Below, piece after piece: positions 40,292 through 50,918 of a DNA stretch of 64,000 bases. How positions within the stretch are numbered: the first letter of the stretch is position 1; the number at the start of each line of letters is the position of its first letter. A program made the translations under genes and the position numbers. The notes beneath the pieces are model-generated. The model ran no database searches. It was not told where the DNA came from and saw only the letters and a program-made list of their open reading frames with translations. Origin of the DNA: Bacteriovoracaceae bacterium (GTDB taxonomy: Bacteria; Bdellovibrionota; Bacteriovoracia; Bacteriovoracales; Bacteriovoracaceae); contig JBLWTJ010000004.1 of assembly GCA_048270185.1 (NCBI GenBank), positions 100,605 through 164,604 on the forward strand, read 5' to 3'.

Positions 40292-41413
40292 TTATTTCTT
40301 CCAAACATTTCTATTGATGTAACCAGTGTAACTTTGAATAATTTTAACAACCTGGTAACTTACATTTTCATTTCGATAATCTTCAATATCACTATCGAAA
40401 CCTTCTGGGTTATTGATTGTAATATTGATTGAATTAATAACTGAATCTCGATCTAGATCTGACATAATTAATGTACCTGCATCCATTCCTTCAGGTCTTT
40501 CATGTGCTTGCCTGATTGTGATCGCAGGGAAATTCATTAGACATGATTCTTCAGTGATAGTTCCACTATCTGAAATTACACATTTCGCATTCTTTTGAAG
40601 TAAATTGTAATCAAGATATCCAAGTGGCTTCATGAACTCAATCAGTTCATTAAAATTTGAGCTTGTCTGTTTCTCTAACTTTTTTCTTGTACGAGGGTGA
40701 GTTGAGACAATAATTCTCTTCCCAAAGTGTTCCGCAATTCCATTTAAAGAATCAAGAAGAGCTGTAAAGTTCCCCTCATAATCAACATTTTCTTCTCTAT
40801 GTATACTAACTAAGAAGTAATCATTCTTAGCAAGTTTTAAATCATCAAGAATTTTTGAGTTATCAATATCTTGGCCAAAGAAGTTTAACACTTCTTTCAT
40901 CGGACTACCTGTCTTAACAATTAGCTCAGGTCTTACCCCTTCATTAATCAAGTATCTTCTTGAATGCTCTGAGTGAACCATATTAAGATCTGATAAATGA
41001 TCAACAATCTTTCTATTTAATTCTTCTGGAACACGTTGGTCAAAACAACGATTACCTGCTTCCATATGAAAAATTGGGATTTGTTTCTTCTTAATTGATA
41101 TGACTGAAAGACAACTATTAGTATCACCATAGAGTAATACTGCATCAGGCTTAACTTCATCCAATAACTCATCAGTTTTAATTAAGACTTCTGCAATTGT
41201 TTTAGTCGCATTCTCTTTTGCTGACTCTAAAAAGTAATCAGGCTTTCTAATTCTTAGATCACTAAAAAATACTTCGTTTAATTCATAGTCATAATTTTGT
41301 CCTGTATGAACTAATACATGTTCGAAATGATCATCACATAATGGAATTACACGACTTAGTTTAATAATTTCTGGTCTTGTGCCGACAATTGTCATTAACT
41401 TTAATTTCTTCAT
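40292..41413 (-). CDS. fnlC: UDP-2-acetamido-2,6-dideoxy-hexose 2-epimerase (FnlC/WbjD/QnlB family)
   Basis: Motifs GTRPEIIKLS, HTGQNYDYEL, HMEAGNRCFDQRVPEE, SDSGTITEE, AHERPEG. Confidence 0.85.
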   Translation of the reverse strand: MKKLKLMTIVGTRPEIIKLSRVIPLCDDHFEHVLVHTGQNYDYELNEVFFSDLRIRKPDYFLESAKENATKTIAEVLIKTDELLDEVKPDAVLLYGDTNSCLSVISIKKKQIPIFHMEAGNRCFDQRVPEELNRKIVDHLSDLNMVHSEHSRRYLINEGVRPELIVKTGSPMKEVLNFFGQDIDNSKILDDLKLAKNDYFLVSIHREENVDYEGNFTALLDSLNGIAEHFGKRIIVSTHPRTRKKLEKQTSSNFNELIEFMKPLGYLDYNLLQKNAKCVISDSGTITEESCLMNFPAITIRQAHERPEGMDAGTLIMSDLDRDSVINSINITINNPEGFDSDIEDYRNENVSYQVVKIIQSYTGYINRNVWKK

Positions 41414-42261
41414 TATCTTCCCATTTCTTTATAGAGAGTATGCATTTCTTTCACCAACTCTTCCCAAGATTCTGGAGTGTAACCAAACTCCTTTTGGAAA
41501 CGAGTAGAGTTTAAACTTCTATCAATTTCAAAGTCATCGTAAGGAATGATATTAATATCTTTCCCATAAACATCTGCAATTATTTTTAGAAGTTCGTATT
41601 TATTTATTGGATTGGACGAAACATGATACAGTCCTGATACATCACCCTTCATAAATTTAGGTAAGATAATCGTATCAATTATTCTTGCAAGCGAGTTTGT
41701 TGGAAACCCAGAATAAATTGCTTTTGTGAACCCTTTACATTCATTTTCTTGCGAAAGAAACCAGTCAACGAGAGAAACGTTTGAATTAATTTCGTGACCA
41801 ATAATTGAAGTTCTTATTGTTAATGTATGATCATACGCTACTTCACCTAAGTATTTTGATAGGCCATAGAGATCACGGCTATCAGCAATTGATTCTTCTG
41901 TATAATTACCTTCTGAACCAGTAAAAACACAATCAGTACTGAAATGAATCATTTTTGCATTAAATTTAGAACAAATAGAAGCTAGGCGATGAGGCCAGAG
42001 CGCATTTGTGAAAATTGAAATTTCGTTATCTTTCGATTCTTTTAATTGCTTTATAATTCCAACACAATTTAAAACTAAATCAGGTTTAAATTCAGAAAAG
42101 ACTGCTTCTACTGACTCAGAATTTTCAACATCAATTCCTGACTTAACAGCAGGGTGCCACGAGTCACTACGAGCTAAACCTAGTACTTTAAAGTTTTTCG
42201 AAAAATAGCGAAAAAGAGATTGTCCCAACATTCCATTGGCACCAATGATTAAAATTTTCAT
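41413..42261 (-). CDS. RmlD-like NDP-4-keto-6-deoxyhexose reductase (QnlA/WbvR-like)
   Basis: Motifs GANGMLG, NCVGIIKQ, HFSTDCVF, YGLSKYLGE, RTSIIGHE, IDRSL. Confidence 0.85.
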   Translation of the reverse strand: MKILIIGANGMLGQSLFRYFSKNFKVLGLARSDSWHPAVKSGIDVENSESVEAVFSEFKPDLVLNCVGIIKQLKESKDNEISIFTNALWPHRLASICSKFNAKMIHFSTDCVFTGSEGNYTEESIADSRDLYGLSKYLGEVAYDHTLTIRTSIIGHEINSNVSLVDWFLSQENECKGFTKAIYSGFPTNSLARIIDTIILPKFMKGDVSGLYHVSSNPINKYELLKIIADVYGKDINIIPYDDFEIDRSLNSTRFQKEFGYTPESWEELVKEMHTLYKEMGR

Positions 42262-42292
42262 AGAATGATACTACAAAGGATAGTTCGCTTAT

Positions 42293-43483
42293 TCAACTAT
42301 TTACAAGGCTTTTAAGTAGTTCTTCTACTCTTGAAATAACCTTTTTCTCACTGAAGAACTTCTCATAGGACTGATATGCATTAACACCCATCTTCTGACG
42401 ATCTTTAGTAGATAAGTTAACCATTTCATCAATACGCTTAGCAAGTGCGTCAACACTTTCAGCTGGAGCAACTAAGCCAACACTGAGCTCTTCAATTAAG
42501 TTAGCTCCAGCTCCGTTTAATGATGCTAAAATTGGCTTTTTCGCCATAAGATAAGATTGAACCTTTGAAGGTACTACTAAAGAAAAAGCTGGATCATTCT
42601 TTAAAACAACTGCAAGTGCATCTGACTTCTCGAAAAGATAGGTCATATCTCCTGCAGGCTTTCGACCATAAAACCTTAGAAATTCATTATTTTTATATTT
42701 ATTCTCTAAGTTTTCTTTTTCTCTTCCATCACCAACAATAGCGAGGTGAATTATATTATTATTAAGTTTACTCACTGCTTCAATAAGTGTTTCTAATTTT
42801 TGTGCTACACCAATATTTCCTGCAAATGTAACAACAAACTTATCACTTGGTATTTCGTCCACCCACAGTGGCCTGGTACTAGACTTTTCTTCCTTTGCCC
42901 AGTTTGGAATCCATTCAATTCGACCTCTATAATTATGCTTTTCTAGGTTAGTTCTAAAATCATTTGATTGAATTAGAATCAAATCCGTATTTCTATATAT
43001 CCAACTAACGATTGAGCCTAAAAACTTGCCTAGTATTCCATTCGGATTTCTATTCGTGATTGCAAAAAAACTTTCAGGCCATAAGTCCTGTAACCAAATA
43101 ACTAGTTTGGCTCCTCTCAACTTTGCAAAAAATATTGCAGGGATTGCAGTAAAAATAGGTGAAGTTGCAAAAACAAAGGCAATATCAGATTTTTTTAATC
43201 TAAGAATTGAAAAAGATGCACATAAAATCGAAGTTATATAATTTAGAGCTAATCTTAAAAATCCTACTTTTCGTAGTACGATAGGATATCGAAGAATAGT
43301 AACATTATTAACTATCTCTCTATAAGGACCTTTAAAACTATATCCTTCATATAAGCAATTTTTAGAGTAGTTTGGTAATCCTGTTAAAACTTCAACTTCA
43401 TTATTTAGAGCAAGAAACTCTGCTAATTCATTTATTAAAAACGATTCTGGCTTATAAACGTATGTAAATATTGAAATTTTCAT
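42293..43483 (-). CDS. GT4 glycosyltransferase (WbuB-like 6-deoxy-L-HexNAc transferase)
   Basis: Motifs LTGLPNY, QDLWPES, FAGNIGVAQ, PSKVQSY. Probable start MKISIF at 43483 (track 43498). Confidence 0.88.
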   Translation of the reverse strand: MKISIFTYVYKPESFLINELAEFLALNNEVEVLTGLPNYSKNCLYEGYSFKGPYREIVNNVTILRYPIVLRKVGFLRLALNYITSILCASFSILRLKKSDIAFVFATSPIFTAIPAIFFAKLRGAKLVIWLQDLWPESFFAITNRNPNGILGKFLGSIVSWIYRNTDLILIQSNDFRTNLEKHNYRGRIEWIPNWAKEEKSSTRPLWVDEIPSDKFVVTFAGNIGVAQKLETLIEAVSKLNNNIIHLAIVGDGREKENLENKYKNNEFLRFYGRKPAGDMTYLFEKSDALAVVLKNDPAFSLVVPSKVQSYLMAKKPILASLNGAGANLIEELSVGLVAPAESVDALAKRIDEMVNLSTKDRQKMGVNAYQSYEKFFSEKKVISRVEELLKSLVNS

Positions 43484-43527
43484 GAATATCAGTGACAACC
43501 AAAACTAGATAATTTACGATTCTAGAT

Positions 43528-44415
43528 ATGATTTTATATGCTCCCAACATTAATTCAGGCGGTGGACTTGTCTTATTAAATACAGTAATTGAAGACGAAG
43601 TATTTGGCAAAGTTTCATCACTCTTTATTGACTCTAGGTGTCCAATTAAGGAAGAGTTCAAGGGTATAGACATAATTAAATTTGAACCAAATATACTATC
43701 AAGACTCAAAGCTGAATTAGTACTTAAAAAAATAGCCAAAAAATCAAACGAAGATATAGTTTGCTTCGGAAACTTACCTCCAATTTTTAAACACCAAAAT
43801 AAAACAAAAGTTTTTTTACAAAACGCATATTTACTAAAAAATATTCCTCTGCCTACTAAGCTTAAACTTAAATTGAGAACAATTTACGAGAGGTTTATTC
43901 TCTATTTCTTTAGTGTTAATGTTGATGAATTTATGGTGCAAACAAATTGGATGAAAGAATCTTTAGAGAAATTTTGTGATATAAATATTTCAATCACTCC
44001 GATTCTTCCTAAATTTCCATTATTCAATGAAGACAAAAATTTAAAAAGAAAATTCGATCTACTCGCAATTACTGGATCAGAAGAACATAAAAACCTTGAT
44101 TTACTTCTTTCATTGTTAGAAAACTATAAATCTAAAGTTAACGTTTGCATCGTCTGCCCTGAAGCAATACAAATCAATAACAAAAACATAAATCTAACTC
44201 AGTTTACGGGGTTATCTAGAGAAGAAATTTTTGAAGTATATCAATCATCTAAATATCTTATGACGCTTTCAAAATTTGAATCTTTTTGCTTACCTATTTT
44301 TGAAGCATCACATTTTGGAACAAAAAACATAGTTCTAAACGAATTCTTCATAGATGATAAATCAAAAATATATAAAAGAATTCAACACGAAAATATAAAC
44401 AGTAAATTATTTTAG
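43528..44415 (+). CDS. Glycosyltransferase (GT4-like)
   Basis: Motifs NINSGGG, HKNLD, ESFCLPIFEA. Confidence 0.75.
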   Translation: MILYAPNINSGGGLVLLNTVIEDEVFGKVSSLFIDSRCPIKEEFKGIDIIKFEPNILSRLKAELVLKKIAKKSNEDIVCFGNLPPIFKHQNKTKVFLQNAYLLKNIPLPTKLKLKLRTIYERFILYFFSVNVDEFMVQTNWMKESLEKFCDINISITPILPKFPLFNEDKNLKRKFDLLAITGSEEHKNLDLLLSLLENYKSKVNVCIVCPEAIQINNKNINLTQFTGLSREEIFEVYQSSKYLMTLSKFESFCLPIFEASHFGTKNIVLNEFFIDDKSKIYKRIQHENINSKLF

Positions 44416-45152
44416 TTTTTTCTTGTACCTACAATAAAAGCTTGTGTACCGCCTTCCCAAGCTAAAGGAACGACCCCCAAAGACTTACTCCATTCAAAAC
44501 TATCACAATATACATTCTCTTGAAGGAATTTTTCATCTATTGTCCAAACATGCTCATCAGTTTGATTATTAGGTGTAATTGGTAGTCCATTAAGAGGGTG
44601 CAATTCTTCCCACGGACACTGAATAACAATATATTTTTTACTATATGATTTTGCTTCTTCAACAAAAGCTTTTGGATCAGGCACATGCTCTATTACATTA
44701 CTAGTATAAACAAGATCGACTTTTTTAGATTTATCAAAAGCCTCGACCGGTATGAATCTACCGTACTTAACAATTGCTTTTCTAACTGCTAATTCACTCA
44801 AGTCAGACAGAAAAATTTTTGCTTTTTGAAAAAAAATTTTGAGGAAAACACATGAATCACCTGTCGCACAACCTAAATCAAGAACGGATTCTATATTATC
44901 AAACTTCCTATGATCAACATTTGCAAAAAAGCCCGCTGTGAAATATTGAGTCTGCTCTCCACCGCCAACTTTATTCCAATCATACTTAAATCTGAAATCC
45001 CAATATTCCTGACTATTAGATTGATATAGAGTTCTCCCTATCAATGATACAACCCTAGCAAGAAAATATACATATGTTTTCTTAATTGTAATTAGAAGCC
45101 CTTGCTCCTTGTAGATATAGAGCCCTCGTTTAATAATATTTTTATTTATCAT
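44412..45152 (-). CDS. Class I SAM-dependent methyltransferase
   Basis: Motifs VLDLGCATG and SNVIEHVPDP. Confidence 0.85.
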   Translation of the reverse strand: MINKNIIKRGLYIYKEQGLLITIKKTYVYFLARVVSLIGRTLYQSNSQEYWDFRFKYDWNKVGGGEQTQYFTAGFFANVDHRKFDNIESVLDLGCATGDSCVFLKIFFQKAKIFLSDLSELAVRKAIVKYGRFIPVEAFDKSKKVDLVYTSNVIEHVPDPKAFVEEAKSYSKKYIVIQCPWEELHPLNGLPITPNNQTDEHVWTIDEKFLQENVYCDSFEWSKSLGVVPLAWEGGTQAFIVGTRKN

Positions 45153-46263
45153 ATTTACTCTCTAGATAATCGAATGTTTTAACACTTGCAAATCCATCCC
45201 CATAAGGATTTTTATTCTTTGAAAATGAATTATAGTAGTCAAGATCATCAATTAATTTAACAACTTCATTGATAATTAGCTCTGTGTTGGATCCAACTAG
45301 TTTAGAAACACCTTCCTCAATTCCTTCAGGTCTTTCTGTATTTTCACGCATTACAAGAATTGGTTTTTCAAAATAAGGCCCTTCTTCTTGAACTCCTCCC
45401 GAATCAGTCATAATTAAATATGACATATACATCAGCCAAGAAAAATCAATATAGTCTAATGGTTCATATAAATGTATATTACTTAATGGCCCTAAGCTTG
45501 AATGAATATATTCTCTAACATTGGGATTCAGGTGAACAGGTATAACAAATTCGATATCCTTCCTATTCTTAGCTATTTTTTTAATTGCATTACAAATATT
45601 AACGAGAGGCTGACCATGATTCTCTCTTCGATGAACTGTCACAAGAGCTATTTTCTTATTAAAATCTATCTCTTTATATTTTTCAAGCAGAGTGATATTT
45701 AATTGTCCGCTTTTAATTTTATCAATTGTTTTTCTTAAAGTATCAATACTCGTATTACCCGTAACAACAACATTATTAGTAATACCCTCTGTAAGTAAAT
45801 TGGATTTACTTTGTTCTGTAGGAGGAAATAAATATTTTGCAATAGGAGTCACAAGCCTTCTATTACCTTCCTCTGGAAATGGCGAATACATATCACCTGT
45901 CCTAAGCCCTGCTTCAATATGTACAACATCAATTTTTTGATAAAAAGCTGCAAGAGCACATGTGAATGTTGAAGTTGTATCGCCCTGTACAAAAACTAAT
46001 TCTGGTTGAAAATCATTCAGTACTGTTTCAATTTTAGAAAGTAAATTACTTGTTAAAGAAGAAAGTGTCTGATTCTCCCTCATAATATCAAGAGAATAGT
46101 CTACTTTAATTTGAAAAAATTCTAAAAAAGGAATAATCATATCGCGATGCTGACCAGTTATACAAACCTTTACATCATGACCTCTTTTCAGACCTTCTTC
46201 TATTAGTGGAGCCATCTTTATGGCTTCGGGACGAGTACCAAAACAAAATAATATCTTTTTCAT
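45142..46263 (-). CDS. wecB: UDP-N-acetylglucosamine 2-epimerase (non-hydrolysing)
   Basis: Motifs FGTRPEAIKMAP, TGQHR, VQGDTT, HIEAGLRT, SPFPEE, TDSGGVQEE, NPYGDG. Confidence 0.95.
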   Translation of the reverse strand: MKKILFCFGTRPEAIKMAPLIEEGLKRGHDVKVCITGQHRDMIIPFLEFFQIKVDYSLDIMRENQTLSSLTSNLLSKIETVLNDFQPELVFVQGDTTSTFTCALAAFYQKIDVVHIEAGLRTGDMYSPFPEEGNRRLVTPIAKYLFPPTEQSKSNLLTEGITNNVVVTGNTSIDTLRKTIDKIKSGQLNITLLEKYKEIDFNKKIALVTVHRRENHGQPLVNICNAIKKIAKNRKDIEFVIPVHLNPNVREYIHSSLGPLSNIHLYEPLDYIDFSWLMYMSYLIMTDSGGVQEEGPYFEKPILVMRENTERPEGIEEGVSKLVGSNTELIINEVVKLIDDLDYYNSFSKNKNPYGDGFASVKTFDYLESKYDK

Positions 46264-46317
46264 AAAACAATATTAACTAAACAAACTATCATTTAACAAG
46301 CAAGATATTATTATTAA

Positions 46318-47529
46318 CTAAAAACTAATCAACTCCATAACTTGTTTTTCAATATCAATACCATTATTTAGTCTAATAGTAGTATTATTTAATATTTTTA
46401 AAATTGTACCCTTAATATCTGATACATCTTTTACGCTTGAAGTATAATGTCCGTTTTCTTTCAATAAATTTTCCAACTCAAAACTATTCAATAATCCTAG
46501 AATTGGCTTATTAACATTCAAATAATCATATGTCTTATAAGGAATTGTTGTATTACTTCTATTATCTGCATGCTGAATTAATATATTTACATCTGCGTTC
46601 GCTGCAAAATTCACTGCTTCCTCTCTAGGCACCAAGGGTAGATTTTTAAAATAGCTACGTTTTAAATAATCTTTCTTATTATCAAGATATATGTCTCCTA
46701 GATTTATAACTTCTATTGAATTTTTATCTATCTTTTGTTCTACAATAAGTTCATCTAAGGCTCTCAAAAATGTATCCATGTTGCGAGTCGTATACAACGT
46801 ACCAAGATGTAAGAAAACTGTTTTATCGCTAATGTTTATATCGAATGTATTAAACTTTTTAGAACCAGGATATATTGCTAATATATTTCTGCTCTTACCA
46901 TGTCTAGCCTCAGCTTGTTCAGCTGCGACTTTTGTAACAAATACTACCTTTTCACATAATATAATCATTAATTTTTCTAATAGCATCTGAAATTTAACAC
47001 TTCTGGAATTACGCCCTATTGATTCCCCTACAAGGGGATCCTGTAATTCACTTACAACAGGCTTTAAAGCTATTTTTCCAGCAAGCAATCCTGCGAGATG
47101 TGCAGACGCAGGTCCACCTGTTGTTAAAACAAAGCGGTAATTTCCAATCACTAAAGCATAGATAGTTGCAACAAAGCAAGCAGGAGTCCATGACCAGCGT
47201 CCTCCACCAACCCCTTTAAGAACTACCATTTGAAGTAAGTCTACAAATATACCGAATGCAAATACGATAGGCAACCAGAAATAATTGAATCTTGAGAAAT
47301 CGTTATTTTGGATCGCTTCATTTCTCTCTTCACGAAAATCTCTTAATGAAAAACTCGGAACTCTTATATGTTTTACATTATCTTTTTTAATTTTTTTAGC
47401 TGTTATAGTCGAAATTAATGTCACTTTTTTGTTATTCTTTATTAGTGCATCAACCTTATCGTCAACCCATTCTGCAGGACAACACCCTTGTCTGCTAGCA
47501 AAATAAGTAACCAATAATACATTATCCAT
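46318..47529 (-). CDS. Glycosyltransferase (GT-B fold, GT4-like)
   Basis: Motifs TTGGPASAH, HLGTLY, IPYKTYDYL..KPIL. Confidence 0.72.
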   Translation of the reverse strand: MDNVLLVTYFASRQGCCPAEWVDDKVDALIKNNKKVTLISTITAKKIKKDNVKHIRVPSFSLRDFREERNEAIQNNDFSRFNYFWLPIVFAFGIFVDLLQMVVLKGVGGGRWSWTPACFVATIYALVIGNYRFVLTTGGPASAHLAGLLAGKIALKPVVSELQDPLVGESIGRNSRSVKFQMLLEKLMIILCEKVVFVTKVAAEQAEARHGKSRNILAIYPGSKKFNTFDINISDKTVFLHLGTLYTTRNMDTFLRALDELIVEQKIDKNSIEVINLGDIYLDNKKDYLKRSYFKNLPLVPREEAVNFAANADVNILIQHADNRSNTTIPYKTYDYLNVNKPILGLLNSFELENLLKENGHYTSSVKDVSDIKGTILKILNNTTIRLNNGIDIEKQVMELISF

Positions 47530-48961
47530 TCTTCATCCTATCTTTGATGTTTGTTAATATATTTACTACTATTTTAAATCTTAAAATAATCAAGGCGCAA
47601 CCAAACAAAACTCCTCCCAAGATAATTTTCAAGGCAAGTAAAAACATACTATCAGCACTTATATCTCTTATTACTGTATACATTATTACTGAACTAACAA
47701 AACCTTTTGAAACTTCTAATATTGTTGTCAAATCTAGTCTGAAATATTTTTTTCCAATCATAAAATAAAGAATAGATAAAAGTAATTGTGTCATTAATAC
47801 TGCAATTACAGCGCCCAATGATTTATATATATAAATAGAATAGCTTCCAATGGTAACCATCAACGAGAACACAATAATATTACTCTTTATAAGCAACGAT
47901 TCTTTGTGTTTTGCAAAAATAATTTGCATACCCCAAAAATTATTAAAAGCAAAAATAACACAAACTAATGCAAGGTACTTAAGTAAAACTATTGAAAACT
48001 CATATTCTTTACCAACAAATAAGTTTATAATATCGCCTGAAACAGATAACAAGCCAAAACTCACAGCAAAGGAAAGTGTTGTTAAAATAATAAAACTACT
48101 CGATAATTGCTTCATTGAACTTTCAATATTCCTATAGCTTCTAGGTAATAGAACTACTGTCATAGGAACAATGCAATAATAACTTATCCAAAAGAAACGC
48201 ATTGCCACAGAGTAAAAACCCTGATCTTTAAAGTACCCCATCTTCCCTAAAAAGAGAGATGGAAAGCTTAATATTGTTGATGAAAGTAAATTTAAAAAAA
48301 ATATAGTGAGTAAAGTCTTTATTAATTTAAGATTGAAGCTTCTGTAAAGGCTATCAAATTTAATAAAAATCTTATATTTCAAGGATGCTCTAATTGTTGC
48401 TGTTAAAAAAAACATCACTTCTGAAATAATGTAACCATATAAGTATGCATATAAGTCAGACTCATTAACAACAAATAGACGTAAGTATCCAATAAGAATA
48501 AATTTTGAGATTATTCTTATTGCGGCCAAATATGTATAATCCTCCAATCCATCTAGAACCCATACATTATTTAAAAATGATAATAATATAAGAATCCCTG
48601 ATATCCAAAACAGATAATTATCAAACTCACCTAATAGAGGTAAAACAACTGAAACATATAGAATAAACCCTAATAAAGACAACTGTATTCTTAAAGTAAA
48701 GAGTGTTGATAAACTTTTCTTCAGAGAATCACTATTGTATTTAGACTTAGCAACTTCTCGAATTCCATACTCCACAGTCCCCAATGTGCATAATGAAGTT
48801 ACATATGTTACAGTTGCGATCACATAATCAAATTTCCCCAAATTTTCTGGCCCTAAGACTTTTGCAACATAAGGAAAAACTAGAAGAGATAATCCCATCT
48901 CTCCGAATGAAACTAAAGTTCTTACAATATAGTTAAACTTAAGACTTCTTTCTTGAGCCAT
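47522..48961 (-). CDS. wzx: Oligosaccharide flippase (Wzx)
   Basis: N-terminal LKFNY..., FPYVAKVLGPENLG, YGIREVA, GLEDY, ~12-14 TM. Confidence 0.88.
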   Translation of the reverse strand: MAQERSLKFNYIVRTLVSFGEMGLSLLVFPYVAKVLGPENLGKFDYVIATVTYVTSLCTLGTVEYGIREVAKSKYNSDSLKKSLSTLFTLRIQLSLLGFILYVSVVLPLLGEFDNYLFWISGILILLSFLNNVWVLDGLEDYTYLAAIRIISKFILIGYLRLFVVNESDLYAYLYGYIISEVMFFLTATIRASLKYKIFIKFDSLYRSFNLKLIKTLLTIFFLNLLSSTILSFPSLFLGKMGYFKDQGFYSVAMRFFWISYYCIVPMTVVLLPRSYRNIESSMKQLSSSFIILTTLSFAVSFGLLSVSGDIINLFVGKEYEFSIVLLKYLALVCVIFAFNNFWGMQIIFAKHKESLLIKSNIIVFSLMVTIGSYSIYIYKSLGAVIAVLMTQLLLSILYFMIGKKYFRLDLTTILEVSKGFVSSVIMYTVIRDISADSMFLLALKIILGGVLFGCALIILRFKIVVNILTNIKDRMKNG

Positions 48962-50139
48962 CAGGCTTCCTTCAGGTATTCTTCTGTGTGACGAATATAA
49001 TGATGAAGATTACATACATCTATATAAGCCCTTTCAGATATTTCTATCAGAGTTTCTCTTGAAGAATTCTTTATTGATAATAATATTTTTGCCAATTGAA
49101 TAAAATTCTCTTGCTCAAATGAAAATCCATTATTTTCATTTCGAATTACTTCTTTCATTCCACCAATATTTGAAACAACAACAGTTTTCTTGGCGGCCAT
49201 CCCTTCGAGCATACTTAAAGAAGTTGCCTCTTCAACACCATCACGAATTACTGAAGGAATTACAACAATATCTGATAAATCATAATATAGTGAAACATCA
49301 TCGTAGTTAACACTACCTAAAAAACTTATATATTTGTTTAAATCAAGACTATCACAGAGGTTCTTCAAATTAGCCATTTCTGGACCATCCCCCATGATTA
49401 ACATATGAAAGCTACTTACTTCCTTGCCGAGTTCATTCATGGCCCTTAAAGCAATATCAACACCATTCTTTCTTACTAAACGACGGGGAATTAAAATTAC
49501 GAATTTTTCGTTACCGATCGATAGTCTATTTTTAACTTCAACTATCTTATTTTCTGGCGTATTATTGAATATTTCAGGATTTATAGCATTTTTTAGAATT
49601 CGAATATTTCCACTATAGTTGAATTCTGATATGATATAATTTTGGATGCTAGTATCAACAGTTATAATACTAGAAGCAACCTTTAATGCTTCCTCCTCAT
49701 AGACCAAACCATATTCAATAACCTTTCTAGACTCTTTTTCATTATAGTTTCCATAATTGACAGATTCTTTTGCTAGGTAGCCATGTAATGTCATAACTAT
49801 TTTACAATCTGTATTAGCTTTTGAAATCGCAACAGCTGCTACAGGGTCTTGCGCGTAAGCAATATCCAACCTTATATCATTATCAGTAATCAGGTTTGAA
49901 AGAAACTTACGATGAGTTTCTAATGTCCACTTATAACAATAAGCTTTGGCAAATCCAAACTTATTTAACACTGCGAAGAATATTCGAATAGTATAAAAAT
50001 ACAAAGTTTTTTTTGGGAAGAAATTAAATACTTTATGTCCCTTTGACTCTAGTCCCTTCTTGAGCAGTTTTTGATGTATATGCTTACCGCCAACATTAAT
50101 TAGGTCAGAATCATCTAAAGATACAATCCCAATATTCAT
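48961..50139 (-). CDS. GT4 glycosyltransferase
   Basis: Motifs MTLHG, RRLVRKNG, GDGPE, EATSLSMLEGMA, SNIGG. Confidence 0.9.
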   Translation of the reverse strand: MNIGIVSLDDSDLINVGGKHIHQKLLKKGLESKGHKVFNFFPKKTLYFYTIRIFFAVLNKFGFAKAYCYKWTLETHRKFLSNLITDNDIRLDIAYAQDPVAAVAISKANTDCKIVMTLHGYLAKESVNYGNYNEKESRKVIEYGLVYEEEALKVASSIITVDTSIQNYIISEFNYSGNIRILKNAINPEIFNNTPENKIVEVKNRLSIGNEKFVILIPRRLVRKNGVDIALRAMNELGKEVSSFHMLIMGDGPEMANLKNLCDSLDLNKYISFLGSVNYDDVSLYYDLSDIVVIPSVIRDGVEEATSLSMLEGMAAKKTVVVSNIGGMKEVIRNENNGFSFEQENFIQLAKILLSIKNSSRETLIEISERAYIDVCNLHHYIRHTEEYLKEA

Positions 50140-50828
50140 ATACTTAATTCCTCTTTTCTAATATGATAAATATACTTTAATTTATATTTTTTAAAGCCTG
50201 AGCTCTCATAAAGCGAACATGCTGCAACATTATCCAATTGTGTTGTAACAAATATTTTTTTAATATCAAGTGAGAATAAGTAATACAACGTTTGATGTAG
50301 TACTTTTCTCCCTAGTCCCTTCCCTCTCACCTTAATATCTGTTGCGACTATATCAATATTAGCAGTGCACCCTTCAATCCTTGATAAAATCAAGGAAATT
50401 ATTTCGTCTTGTTCAGATATACTAGATATATAAAACTCATTACTATGCTCAAAAGCTTTTTCTATCCACCTTCTATACATGCTATCAACATCTTCATCTC
50501 TAAATAAGCCCAATCGCCTAAATCTAGAATATAGACTTGATTGAATCGCAAGATCATATAGTTTTTCGTTGATAGGCCTTACTGGATGATAAATTTCAAC
50601 ATTAATCGAGTTAGGTTTCAATTTAAGACAATGGGGCTCAATACTATATGTAATCTTTTTATCAACCAAGAACTTTTCCAATTCTGGAGCTAGTCTATCT
50701 GAAAAAAAGTATATTATAGAATCTGGTTCCAAAGCAGCCTTATCGTATTTTCTTAACTCTTCATATGAACCACTAAATTCATAAATACTTTGCTTAAAAA
50801 AACTTGAATCCCAGACCCTCTTTTGCAT
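50136..50828 (-). CDS. GNAT acetyltransferase, WecD/RffC-like (dTDP-fucosamine acetyltransferase)
   Basis: Motifs WDSSFF, YSRF, MYRRWIE, RGKGLG, VTTQLDN.AA..LYE..GF. Probable start 50828 after a GAGGG RBS (track 50855). Confidence 0.82.
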   Translation of the reverse strand: MQKRVWDSSFFKQSIYEFSGSYEELRKYDKAALEPDSIIYFFSDRLAPELEKFLVDKKITYSIEPHCLKLKPNSINVEIYHPVRPINEKLYDLAIQSSLYSRFRRLGLFRDEDVDSMYRRWIEKAFEHSNEFYISSISEQDEIISLILSRIEGCTANIDIVATDIKVRGKGLGRKVLHQTLYYLFSLDIKKIFVTTQLDNVAACSLYESSGFKKYKLKYIYHIRKEELSI

Positions 50829-50918
50829 ATTGAAAGCACCCTCTTTATAGAACATTTAAGTATCAAATTATACAAGACTTGCTATACAAAAACCAAATAA
50901 TTATGTGATAATACTTAG

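Noticed and set aside
41413..42261. Complete dTDP-L-rhamnose pathway (rmlABCD)
   Set aside because: No rmlC is present. The RmlD-like gene is coupled to the fnlA/epimerase genes, and rmlAB are coupled to rffA.
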